Below are positions 39,601-52,088 of a stretch of DNA of 64,000 nucleotides, in pieces (within the stretch, counting starts at the first letter, position 1; every line of letters starts with the position of its first letter). Both the position numbers and the translations under genes were made by a program. The notes under the pieces are model-generated. The model did no database searches and had not been told where the DNA came from. It was given only the letters and a program-made list of their open reading frames with translations. The DNA lies in the NCBI GenBank assembly GCA_021613535.1, contig CP075497.1, positions 4,898,001 through 4,962,000 on the forward strand. Reading direction: 5' to 3'. This DNA comes from Adineta vaga. Its lineage: Eukaryota > Animalia > Rotifera.

Positions 39601-40704
39601 GCGATCGCAAATGATATTCTTTCGAAAGTAAATTAATCATTGAAAATATTTCATTGATTTCATTATAAAATCATTCAACTTTAGTTGCCAAATAACTTCA
39701 ATCTTGAAGCAGCAATGAAAAAATATCCAACACAATATGACGAAAGTATGAATACAGTTTTAGTTCAAGAAATGGAAAGATATAATAAGTAAGTACTGAA
39801 TATAATATGAGAGAAGATGTTTGAAATTTATTTGAATTATTTAGATTAATGACTGTTATTCGAACAAGTTTACAGAATGTCATCAAAGCAATCAAAGGTT
39901 TAGTTGTTATGAATGCCGAATTAGATTCGTTAACAAATAGTTTAATGATTGGCAAACAACCTGAAATGTGGATTAAGCAATCTTATCCATCATTGAAAAG
40001 TTTAGGATCATACTATAATGATTTGCTAGAACGTATTAAATTTCTTCAAGTAAATCTCATGATTGTTTTTATGCTTCAATGATTAATTTATATTCATTTA
40101 GACATGGTATGAATCAGGAAAACCACCTGTATATTGGATATCAGGTTTCTATTTTACTCAAGCATTTTTAACTGGTGTCAAACAAAATTATGCTCGAAAA
40201 CATAAAATACCAATTGATTTATTAGCATTTGAATTTGAAGTATTGATTGTCTATTCATTTGTTCTCTCTAAATCATTTCTATGATTTTCATTTTAGTTTT
40301 TGAAAATCAATAAGAGCGATAAAGCTCCCGTAGATGGTGCATATATTTTTGGTCTATATCTCGATGGTGCACGATGGAATCAAGAAGCGTAATATATTTA
40401 TTTCGTTACATTTCCTTTCATTCTATCCTCTTCTCTTTTCTTCAGAGGTTTACTCGATGAACAATTTCTTAAAACTCTCTACGATGCCGTTCCTATCATC
40501 TGGGTTAAACCAATCAAAACAAATGATCTAAATACACAAGGTACATACGAATGTCCAGTCTATAAAACAAGTGAACGACGTGGTGTACTTTCAACAACTG
40601 GTCACTCAACAAATTTTGTTATGGCTGTCTATATGCCAACTAATCAATCATCAGAACATTGGATAAAACGTGGTGTTGCTTTACTTTGTCAACTTGACGA
40701 TTAA
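24663..40704 (+). CDS. DNAH12: Axonemal inner-arm dynein heavy chain (DNAH3/7/12 class, most like DNAH12), roughly 60 exons
   Basis: [19 protein letters not shown]1 GPAGTGKTET, AAA2 [11 protein letters not shown]3 [11 protein letters not shown]4 GVGGSGRQS, stalk coiled coil, [22 protein letters not shown]-terminus [15 protein letters not shown]. The short N-terminal tail is typical of single-headed inner arms. The paralog assignment is tentative. Confidence 0.9.
27866..28272 (+). other. Pair of putative mutually exclusive dynein exons A (27866-28029) and B (28163-28272)
   Basis: Both have AG acceptors in phase 1, GT donors in phase 0, lengths of 3n+2 (164 and 110 nt), are open in frame, and end in TTT AAG (FK). 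Confidence 0.75.
39226..39287 (+). other. AT-AC intron (U2-type 5' site ATAAGT) in the dynein heavy chain
   Basis: GGA GGC CG|ataagt...gtgtttac|A GTG ACG GAT restores the invariant NYGGRVTDD. Length is 62 nt. Confidence 0.8.
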
Positions 40705-40920
40705 CTAATACTGAATAAACTAAAGATAAACTTGTCTTCTTTTTTTTTTTCGTTTGTTTATTCTTATATACATTTATTTTATTTTAATTATTTTCTCTTT
40801 GAACACAAAGACTTAATTGTATGTTCGTTTTTTTTACACACACTAGCCATCACAGAATGGATCAACATGAATAAGAAAGAATGGATAAATGAAAGAAGAA
40901 AAAAAAACCACTGGGCAGAT

Positions 40921-43077
40921 TTAATGATGATTTTGATTTTGCTTTTTTAATTTTATTGCTTCTAAAATTGGTTTTCGTTTCGATTGAAAACGATTTTGTA
41001 CTTCTCGTAATTCAATTTCCATAATTTCATCAAGTAATGCTAAACGTTGTTCGATTTGTTCAACAGAAAATTGTTCTACTGTCTAAATATGAACGAAATT
41101 TAATGAATGTTTCAATTGATAAATAAATTCTTACATGTTTAAAATCATCTTCATTTTTATTATATGCACGAACTTCTTGAGCAATTATTTTCATAAAATC
41201 ATCTTTATTTTTATCAGCTGTGGACCGTTTTGATGAATGATTAGCATTTGAAAATTGAGATTTTAAATTCGTTGTTGTAGATGATTTATTTGTAATCTTA
41301 AGACAACAACAAATATATTGTTTTATTTTTCTTCAAACTTTCTAAACTTACTTTAAGAGTACCTTGTTGACTGTCGGCATCATTTTCTGTTTCTGTTCCA
41401 TTTTCATTGATAATCATTGTATCTGATGATTCTGATGATAATTCAATCATTGTATTACAACTACTTGATTGAAATGTATCATTTGCTATATCATGTCGAT
41501 TGGTATTTGTATTCATCAATGTTTGTTGTTGATGTTCAGGAATAATTGTTTCTTCTTGATTCGTACTTGTTAATGTTCCGTCATTTCCAAATGGACGTTC
41601 AGTTAGAAAACCATTTGAAAATGTCAATGAACTCGTCGGCATTGTTGATCGTTGACGTTCTTGAATTTCACGAACTTCATCAATCATGTGTCGGAGAATG
41701 CTGATATCTTTTGCATTACGAATAAATTCATGCTAATCGAAACGAATAATATTCAGAAAACAGTAACTTCAATGAAGACTTACATTAAGTAATTCAGTTG
41801 CAGTTGATCGTGCATCGGGATTTTTTACAAGACATTTCGAAACAAAATCATTTAAAGCTGGTGTCCATCGAGACATATCTTTAAATGTTGGAGGTGGTCG
41901 CGATGGTATCATAAAAATCGCCTAAAAACAAATAATGATTTGTTTTTTTTGAAATATTAATAAATCAATTACATACACGCATTGGATGAATATCACTATA
42001 AGGTGGTTTACCTTCCGCGATTTCAATTGTTGTAATACCTATCAATAAGAATGAATTGTAAAAGAAAATTTCGAAGTAAAATCTTCATACCTAAACTCCA
42101 AATATCTGCTAGAACACCATGTCCAATTTCTTGAATTACTTCTGGTGCCATCCTAATCGAATATTTATTAATCATTATCTATCTCATCATTTAATTCTTA
42201 CCAAAATGGTGTACCTATAAACATTCAATTCAGTTATATAATACCCATAAATCTATAGTACTATTTACCTATCATTGTATTTCGTTTTGCCATTGTATCC
42301 TAGAATGATACAAAATTAAATAAGCATATAGATTTCTTTTAATTATTTGAAATGTACTGTTAATTGTCCAGCAACACCAAAATCAGCTAGTTTTGCATTT
42401 CCATCATTTGTTAAGAGAATATTTCCTGCTTTGATATCTCGATGAATTTTACTACATAGATGTAAATATTCTAATCCTTTGAGTGTATATTTTAAAATAA
42501 CCGCTATTTCTTGTTCATTCAACTAAATATGAGAGCAAACGATTACTTAACATTCAATTATCTATTTGTTATGTCATTTACTGTTTTTCCTCGAAGTTTT
42601 AATATATCTGAAACTGATCCTGCACCACAATATTCCATCACTATCTATGAAAATATCAAAGAAATAAACAATAAACTTAATGATAATTTCATTTACCCAT
42701 AAATCAGATTCTTTGAAATAACTACCAAAATATCTAACGATATAAGGTGAATCACATTGTTTCATTATAGAGATTTCTTTGACAATTTCTTGTAAATCAC
42801 TTTCCACCGGTACTAAAAAACCAATCATCGTTTGAATTCATAAGATATTCAATCATGTTCTACTTTGTTTTATTGCTAGAAATTGTCCTGTCTCACGATG
42901 TTTTGCTTTATATACGGATCCATAGGATCTATTATATTCAAAAAAAAAAAGAAGAAAATAAATATCTATTCAATAGTTTATCCAATACCCTTTGCCAATT
43001 CTGCATACAATTTCGAAAACATTTTCCATATTTTGTGCCAGAGCTTCTTCTGTTAATCGATCAAATGTTTCCGTCAT
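40921..43077 (-). CDS. STK3: Hippo/MST1-2 STE20 kinase with C-terminal SARAH domain, multi-exon
   Basis: [99 protein letters not shown] tail [19 protein letters not shown]3 versus STK4 is not resolvable in an invertebrate. Confidence 0.93.
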
Positions 43078-43120
43078 ATTTATTTATCTACAAAAAGAGT
43101 AGCACACACAAAACTAGATT

Positions 43121-43990
43121 CTATTGTTTCCTAACCAATCCTTCTGCTTTATTTTTAAAATCAAGATAATGCTGATTTACAAATTTCGTATCAACTGTAT
43201 CACCATGCAATGGTAAAAAATAGATATAACCATTTTTCATGAAATTCTCATCGGGTAATTGTTCCAAATGACGAACATTCTTTCGTATATATGTGACAAG
43301 AGTAACGAGACGTTCAAGTGGTGTTGGTTGAAATTGACAAAAATGTCTCCATACAGCCGCTGCTAAAACAGTATCATCATCGACTAAACCTTCATCTAAT
43401 GCTAACATAAATGCATTCATTTCTGCACGTAATTCATCGAATTGCATACGACGCACTTTTGATTGACCGGGAAGGATTTGTTGAGCACGTAGATCAAGAT
43501 CTGTCCACATTGTACGAGCTAATTGTCGACGAAGAAAGATACCAGTTGGACCTGAAAGACATAATCTTTGAATAAAATGCACTGATAATTGATTCAATCT
43601 TACCTAATTGAACGTAACGAACAAGTAAGAGCCAAATATGTAGAAAAACAACTCTTCCAAATGAAGCGAAAACATCTGGCATATCAAGTTCACGTTGTAT
43701 AGCATCATAATCAACCGATGATCCAATCATATAATATGAGATAGCAGCTGCTTGATATAAAACTTTCTGTGGTTCACGTAATTCTCCTTGCAATCCAAGT
43801 TTCATTTTTATTCGTGACATTAAACTTGGAATATAGAGAACTGGAAGATTGTTCGGTGATTCAACTGTACTTAAACCTGTTCCAACTGGTCGAGCAATTG
43901 TTTGATTCGTTTTTGTTGAGAGAAGACGTTGTAATACGATGGAATTACACGTTGATATCTGATTTGATTTGATAAAATGAATCGTAGCAT
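43121..43990 (-). CDS. UQCC1: Ubiquinol-cytochrome c reductase complex assembly factor 1 (CBP3 family), 2 exons
   Basis: Mitochondrial presequence MLRFILSNQIRYQR. MPDVFASFGRVVFLHIWLLLVR...MWTD...DEGLVDDDTVLAAAVWR...LVTYIRKNV. Confidence 0.9.
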
Positions 43991-44171
43991 CTAGAAAAAC
44001 TTTTCATTAGATTAACTTTCTAATACTGATAAAAGGAAAAAAGACAAAAATGAATTTATTAAATTGAATTTTTATATACAATTGAGTAAAACATTTCTTA
44101 AATGCTAAAATACATTCATTGAAGAAGACTTTCGACACTAAATGCCACTGTAGTTGAATCGATAAGAAAGA

Positions 44172-47100
44172 CTATCGTTTTGAATTGTTATTATTAACTC
44201 CATTTGTTGATGAATTGGACGGATCCGATGGAAGTTGTTTACGTGCTGCTGGAATATTCCGTTGTTTAGATAAAAATGATTGATTTTCATGAGATTTTAA
44301 ACGTTCTTCAAATTCACGTCGTTGAAAAGTACTTCCCTGAAAATGTTAAAGTTTGTGTTCGAAACGATTTCTTTTATAATAGAAACATACCAATGAATAC
44401 CATGCACTAATCAAGAGTTTCTCTTGATCTTCTTTAATTGCTTTCATTTTCTCATATTCTTTCTGCAAAAAAGAAAAAAGTCAAAACAATTGAAAAACTT
44501 GTAGATCAAAAGAAAGATTCGTTTACATCAAGTTCTTTCAACCGTCGATCTTTTTCATCAACTTGTTTTCTTAATAATTGTAATTCTTGATTACCAATTG
44601 AATTTGTATTTCGTGGATCCATTTGACGTAAAATCATTTTAGCCTTTTCTAAATATTGAACATATCGTTCTTCCATGGCATTGATTTCCGATGTTTTCGT
44701 TACAATCATATTCTCTTTTTCGATTAATTGTTTATCTAAAGTCAAATTTTATCGTTTGATAAATTCATTCGAAACGAAAATCTTCTCCATTTACCTGAAA
44801 CATCCAAACGTCTTTGTAAATCATCGATTACAATCTTTGTTCGACTTGATTCTTCATCATAACGAGCCATTGCACGATTAAGTGATTTCTTTAAGTCATT
44901 TATTTCATTGGTATTTTCTGCGAGTGATGTTGTATCTTTTAGTGTTGCATCTAATTCAAGAATTTTTTGATTTGCCATCCTAAGAAAGAAGAAATCGAGA
45001 GATTCGTTTTTAGAAAAATAAATAGAGAATTTCAATTAACCAAAGATCATTTGTTAATTGATTGTTTTGATCTTTTAATTGTTCACAATTAGCTTGAAGA
45101 AGTAAAATTTGTTCGCTATTATTCTCTTCTATTTGTCGTAATTTTAACATTTTATTTTCATGTTGTAAACGAATAAAACGTTCTCTGAAACAATTCAAAC
45201 ATGAGAAAAAAGAAAGGAAGAAGAGTTTCATTCAATTATCTTTACCGAACATCTACTGGTAAATTGAAGAAATTCAAATCTTCTAATGAACCAGTTAATT
45301 GATCTTTTGAATTGATTCCTTCGGTAACTAAACGATCTCTTTCAAGTATATTTTGTTTTCAAACATTTATTTATATTTACTTTCATTGAGATTAACAGCT
45401 TGTAATTGTTCATTTGTTTCTTTTAATAATTCAATTTCATTTGTTAAATTCTAAAATGAATTGAAATAATTTGTTTGATCAATAGAAGAAAGTCTAATGT
45501 TTTCTTACAGATTTTTCTGAATTTAGAACATTTAATTTTTCTTCCGTTCGATTTCTTTCAAATTCAGCTTTATCAGCTACACGTTGTAATTCACTGATTT
45601 TCTGATATAATTCTTGATTTGTTCTCTTATGAAATTCTACTTGTGTTTGTAATAATTTTGCTTGTTTATATTCATGTTCAATATTGGATTTTTCATCGAA
45701 TAAACGTAAATTTGTTTCTTCTAAATACTTCATTTGTTGACGAAGATCAGCCATTTCTTCTAATTTGATTTTATACGTATCAATCGTCGCTTCTAATTTA
45801 GTCTAAAATCAAGAACATAAACGTTTTCGATTTATTGTCAAAGATGAAGAATTTGAACAAACCAATTTCTCGCATTTATGTCGAAGAATATCTAATTCAT
45901 CTTTGAAATTTCGTGCATCACCTGCCAGAACCATTAAATCATCATTCTAAAACAAAAGATTTATTCAACTTTTCGAAAGAATTGAAACGATTTTACTCGT
46001 TTTAAAAGATTTTCATTTTCTTCGCGTAAATCATCGAATTTCGCTTTATAATCTTGCAAAGCTATAAATTCAAATTTATAATTACAAAAATCGAACGAAT
46101 AAAAATGAATCAAAACCTGTTTCCAATTTAAAGATTTCTTCTTGTTGAGATTCGATTCGTTGTTGTAAATTTTTATAACGATTTTTTGCTACCGATCTAG
46201 AATTTATCGATAAAAGTTCATATTCATAATCATTTCAACGTACTCAGAATCTTCCGCACTCTCAAAGTGTTGTATTCGATCATGTAAATGTGTTGTTTCT
46301 TGTATTAAACCAAGTTTTTCTTCTTGAAGTGTTGAGATCTTCAAAACAAAATATATGTTTCATCTTTATACAAATGATCATTTGATATCAAACCTGTAAA
46401 TCCAATTCACGACAACGATTTTCTATTTCTTCTTTCGCTTCAACAACACGATTTAATTCTTCCAATGCATGTTTTAACTAAATTTAAAAAAGAAACACAC
46501 TAAATCATCTTCTCATTGTATCACAATTAATTTACCTGTTCTCCTAATTCTGAATATTCTTCATTATTTTTTCGATTCTCTTTAACCATTAACTAAAATC
46601 AAATTCAATTATCACTTGTGAACTTTTTTTTTTCTAAACATACTTCTTGAATTGCATTCATTAGAACATGTTGAACAGATTCTTCCAGAGACATAATATG
46701 TTCGATATAGAATTGTTTACGATCACAACTAACTGCACAGCCCAGAACAAGTTGAAGTAATCGGCTAAGTTCTGTCTCATCCGTACTCTCAGCTAAAGTA
46801 ATGAACGAACGAACTAGAATACAAAAAAAACGACTCAATCAATATTTACCAATCATATTTAAATCAGGCATTTGAAAATCAACAAGAGATTGACCAAGTA
46901 TCTAAAACGAACATTATTATCATTAATCAAGCATTTTCTTTTAATTAAAACATACTTCCGAATAATAATCAGTTACATATTTCAGGATTTTTTTCAAATT
47001 ATTTGCCTAAACAAAAAAAGTTGTTTTTTTTCATTCAATAGAAAACCTTTGTTTGATTTTACTTTGATTCGATAATTATCTCCTGCATCCGTTCGAATCT

Positions 47101-47374
47101 TTTGTGACCAATTCTCACTAAAATGACTTGAATCACTAGAAGAAAAAGAAATTCTTTCAATCAAACGAGATATCAATCCATTTTTAACAAACATATTCTT
47201 CAAACACATGGCAATTGATACTCCATCACTCAAATCACCAGCTCCATTGATTGTTCGATTGAGATTCAATGTTTTCATCTAAAGATTTGCAATAAAAAAA
47301 ATAAATAAATCAATACATAAAAGTCTAGTTCATACCCATTTGATCAAACTATCGCATAGAATTCGTCGATCCAT
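44172..47374 (-). CDS. HOOK: Hook microtubule-tethering protein, multi-exon
   Basis: MDRRILCDSLIKW, DLSDGV, ELSRLLQLVLGCAVSC, IMSLEESVQHVLMNAIQE, long coiled coil, MEERYVQYLEKAK, EKLLISAWY, SFLSKQR. Confidence 0.93.
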
Positions 47375-47496
47375 GACTTATTAGGATTAATAATCTAAAA
47401 TAAAGAATTTATTTTTTCACCGTCTTCTTCATTTTTGTTTTGTTTTTATAATAAAGAAATAAAGTTTATAACATTTAACGTCCTTTTTTTTTTCTT

Positions 47497-48105
47497 TCAA
47501 AGTAAAAATGATCGTAGAGAATCTTGAGAAGCATCTGTCGTATTGGAATTTTGTAATGTCACATTGCCTAGATGTGCTAAAAGAAAACAAGTTGATTTTC
47601 GTTTTCAGAAATAGAATTACTTACAAGATTGTGCTGTAGTTGATCCTTGTGAAAGATTATCATTAAGATCCACATTTGTCATACCCGATGATCCTATTGT
47701 TGTTCCTCGACTTAATTCATCGAGTAAACCATTGAGACTTTCAGTATTTTCAACACTGAAATCAGCAATTGCGTCATTTAAATATTGATTAAAATCTCTT
47801 AATAAGGTTTCTTTTCGTTCAATATTTGTTCGTAAATCAGCTATACTTTCTAAGATTTGTTCTTCGGGTAATGTTCGATGAACTAAGGTTTTTAATTGTA
47901 AAAGATTACATTCAATTTCATTTGCTGAATCAGAAATTCGACGCATATGTTGTTCAATTGCCGCAGTATTTTGTTCCAATGTTGAACCAGATGCAACAGC
48001 TGAACTTGAACCAGTACATGGATCTTGAAGAAAAAAGGCAACAAAAGATTTGATTGATTCTTCGAAATTATTTAATAAATCATCTGACAGATTGATCGAA
48101 GACAT
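47497..48105 (-). CDS. MED28: Mediator subunit 28, 2 coding exons
   Basis: LLNNFEES...AIEQHMRRISDSANEIECNLLQ...PEEQILESIADLRTNIERKETLL parallels MED28 ([21 protein letters not shown]...PEQVIKEDVSELRNELQRKDALV). The last exon ends at TGA 47497-47499. Confidence 0.8.
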
Positions 48106-48445
48106 TGATAATCACCAGAAAAGATATTGTCCTATTATATAATAATCAATTGATTCTCTTTACCGTCCGATATAATTGTACCTATGTATATGTCATTTCT
48201 CATTCATTGATTGGCGTATTTTATCATTCATTTCATCAAATAATCTTTTTCTATCAACGATAGATGTTCTGTTTGTCGCTAGTAGATAAAAACTCTCCTT
48301 TTATGCAGGAAAAGATAACAAGAGATCCAACATGGCGATGTTGTCTTTACTTACATGGTGCTTTCCGGATATTTCATTTGACGTGTTATTATTTTCCTTT
48401 CAGACTTATTCATTGTATTCTAATCAAAAGAATCAAAATCAAACA

Positions 48446-49480
48446 ATGTTAGCCACTTTGTACAAAACAATAATATTTGATTTTAAATTGTTTTTTTTGC
48501 GATTCTTAGGGCATCATCTTATGAAAATCCACCTCGTGCAACACAATATCAATCAGGAAAACGATTTGATAATCTTCAAGCCGATGTGAATCAGGTTTGT
48601 TATCTTTTCTGTTCATTGAGTAGTTTGTATTGGAAAGAATAAAAACCTCAAAAAACTTTTCCTCAATAATTTTCCATTTTTCCCCCTTAGCTTTGTGTAG
48701 TTTTGTTTATGTATGCATGTCGTGTATAGGTCGTTGATGTTATGAAAGATAATCTTGATAAAGTTCTCGAACGTGATGCAAAATTAACTACTCTTGAAAA
48801 TCGAGCTGGTAAGTTTTAAATCTATTTTCATGTTGCTGCTTTGTTTATGCTCATAAATTGATCCTTGCTAAAACGCCAAAATCATCTTTTCAGATGCTCT
48901 ACAAACTGGTGCATCGCAATTTACAACCAATGCTAGTAAATTGAAACGTAAATATTGGTGGAAAAATCTCAAAGTAAGTCAATTGATTTCATTATTTTTT
49001 TTGTTTGGATTCAACGTTCTTTGTTTTGCGTATACATATTCGAAATAAAAGAAATCGATTTAAGAGATTTTCTTCCTTATTCAGATGATCTTGCGTATTC
49101 AACTGAAGAAATTTTCTATACAGCAAAGAAACTAAGACATAGACATGTGAAGGAAAACATTCAGGTAGATGATTTAAATGAACATTGCTGATGCTGCTAG
49201 TTCTTTTCTTTCGAAAATACAAAATCTAATTAAAAAAAAAGGAAATATTCTCGACAAAATTTGATTTTTCTATTTAGATGTGGATCATTCTGATCATTGT
49301 CATTGTAAGTAGAAAGTTTATTATTAATCAGATATAATTTACAAATGAATGAATTCTTGTTTAGATTGTCTTGATCATCGTTATTGTTGGTAAGAAGTTA
49401 TGTAATGAAAATAATTTTCTCATTATGTATTGTTTTAATTAGTTGCAATTACACAATCGGTTAAAAGCAATAAAGGTTAA
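48446..49480 (+). CDS. Synaptobrevin/VAMP (ubiquitous-type, short lumenal tail), copy 1
   Basis: Split start AT|[10 protein letters not shown]...[43 protein letters not shown]...[40 protein letters not shown]. Confidence 0.92.
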
Positions 49481-49991
49481 TCGTGAACAAAACAATATCA
49501 TGAGAGCTGGTAAGTTTTTTTCGTATACTTATGATATCATTTATTTCTGTCTTTCTTTCAGGACCTACTCTCTCTCTCTCTCTCTTCCTTTATCTCCGAA
49601 AGACATTATTTTTGATTTTCTATATGTCACATGTTAAGAGTTGATTCTCGTATGCTAACATTTTTTCATTCCTTGAGTAACAAAAAATATACATATATAT
49701 ATATCCCTGTTCTGTGTTTTTTGTTTGTTTCGTTCTTTTTCTTTCATTGCTTTAAAACATTCTCTCATATTCTTATTCATACCATTGATCTTATCACTCT
49801 TTCGCGCGCACTTTCATGTATGTTCTGAACTTATTTCGTTATATATGTACAAGAACATTTCTTAACAGAAACTTTCGATTTATTTTACATGATTATCTCT
49901 TCATCATATATATGGGTTTTCTTTCTACGGATTAAAAACTTTTCTAGATTAAAATTATTTATTAACTGATCAAATTTAATTTAACTAAAAT

Positions 49992-50950
49992 ATGTAAGTT
50001 TTGAGTAAATTTGAATATTTCAATGAGTAAATTATATTGTTTTTATAGGACGAGTAACAATAGTGGCGCTCCACCAGCAGCTGGTGGTGGTGGTTCAAAA
50101 CGTTTAGCTCAACAACAGGCTCAAGTTGATGAAGTTGTTGATATAATGCGACAAAATGTTGACAAGGTGTTAGAACGTGACAAAAATTTGTCACTTCTTG
50201 ATGATCGAGCTGGTAATTATTTCAACTAAATTAAAGAACTACTTGATCTGTATTTTGTTTTTCTTCAAGATAAATTACAACATAATGCAGCTCAATTTGA
50301 GCAACATGCTGGTAAATTAAAACGAAAATATTGGTGGAAAAATATGAAGGTAAGAGATAATCTTTAGATTCCTGTGAATGCTAGATAGACAAAGAAAAAC
50401 TAATTTCATATGAGAATTATTAGATGATGATCATTATGGGAGTGGTGGGCACTATTTTTGCCATTGTGGTGATAGGTAATAATCTGTTGTGGTTGTTGTG
50501 TTGAATACAGAATCGTGTATAGAATATATTTATTCGCATGTTCATCTCTTGCTTTTCTTATCTGTTATAAAAATGAGTTCGAAATAGATCTTTTCTTTTA
50601 ATAAAATCATTTTTCTATCATCTTCTCTAGCATGGATTGCATCAAAAGCCAAAGCAGTGGCTACTGTTCTTCCATCCGGTGATGCAACAACAGCTGTCTC
50701 ACCGGTGATAAGTCCATCAGTAAAACTTGCCGGTGGTTCAATGGGTATTTCAGATGAAGGAGTAAGAACGACGAGTAGACGTCGTGGACCTAGTCGAAAG
50801 AAGACGACAACAGCAGTTGCTTCGGTTGCTGTTGTTGGTCCTGCAGCAGCAGGATCGTCAACAAAAGATGATGATGGTGAACCAAATTCAGATCAACCAG
50901 TAAAACGAGCTATCAGACGAGTTATTCGTTCAATTCTCCATAGGCAATGA
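49992..50950 (+). CDS. Synaptobrevin/VAMP (neuronal-type) with long lumenal C-terminal tail, copy 2
   Basis: Split start AT|[30 protein letters not shown]...QFE...[21 protein letters not shown] helix, then an extension of about 105 aa. Confidence 0.92.
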
Positions 50951-51277
50951 TTAGAATGAAAAAACCCGGAGCAAACAAATTGAACTTATTTAAAAATACT
51001 TGATTTTCTTGTTGTCATTCCATCATTATGATTAACCTTTCTAAACGTTTTGGCTTTGTTCCCTTTTGCTCTCGACTTTTCTTTTTCCTTTTATGTTGTT
51101 TGTTTTATTGTTGTCTGTGCGATAAAAGTTAACATTTACTTACTTCTAAACATTATATTTTTAGTGCATCATTTTGTTCAATATTGTGTCACTTGATTTG
51201 TTTTTTTTTCGTGACTTTTATTCTGAATTATATTTATGTGTAAAAAATATATATTTAAAATTCAATAATATAACGTT

Positions 51278-52088
51278 TTATTTTCTTTCTTTCACTTGTA
51301 AATCAACAGCAATGGGTGGTTGAAGTGGTTTATAACGTAGATTACATGTTGATGCATTGACAAATATAGTTCCATTATGTTCTTCCCGTCCATATGCTTC
51401 ATGTATATGTCCGAAGACATGTAAACGTGGCTTAATTTTTAGAACACGCGCAAGTAAATGTGCACAACCAACATTTTGACCTGTGTACGTCTTATCGAGA
51501 ATGTTTCCTGGTGGACCATGTGTTATAAGTACATCGACATCATCAGGTATTTTTGACCACATCTGTTTAAGTTCCGGACCATTGACAGGTAAATTAAATG
51601 CCCAATCACAAAATTCAGGTTGATATGGACTAGAAAACAAGAAGTGTTTTGAAAAACGATAAATTTGTTTCTTTCTATAATTGATTTTACCTTCCATAAA
51701 ATTTCAATCCTGTTAGTGGATCAACAAATTCTTGATTTTCTAAATAAATAATTCCATAATCTTTCGCTAAAGATGGATCACGAATAAGACGACCAATTTG
51801 CTCATAATCTTGTGTTCTACCTGGATGCCAACGATTGCATGTTCGTTTATAAAATTCTGATTCGAGAGTTACATCATGATTACCAGCAATTATGATTTTC
51901 AATCGAAATTGTGTTAAAGATTTCAGGTATCTCAGAAATTCTTCGATTTCCGTTTGATAACCAGTCATCGAAAAATCACCACCATGAACAAGAATATCAC
52001 CAGATGGAAGAGAAAAATGATAACGGGAATGAGTATCACTAATACATACGATACGTGTCGTATTTGTTGGATTGGTATTACTAGCCAT
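51278..52088 (-). CDS. Metallophosphoesterase (MPPED/239FB-like, calcineurin-like), 2 exons
   Basis: RIVCISDTH, DILVHGGDF, IAGNHD, YGSPYQP, DVLITHGPP, LHVFGHIHE, NAS. Single intron 51630-51690. Confidence 0.9.

Noticed and set aside
48332-48589. ATG at 48332 as the synaptobrevin start
   Set aside because: It is out of frame with the SNARE exon. The split AT|G at 48446 gives the right phase and matches copy 2.
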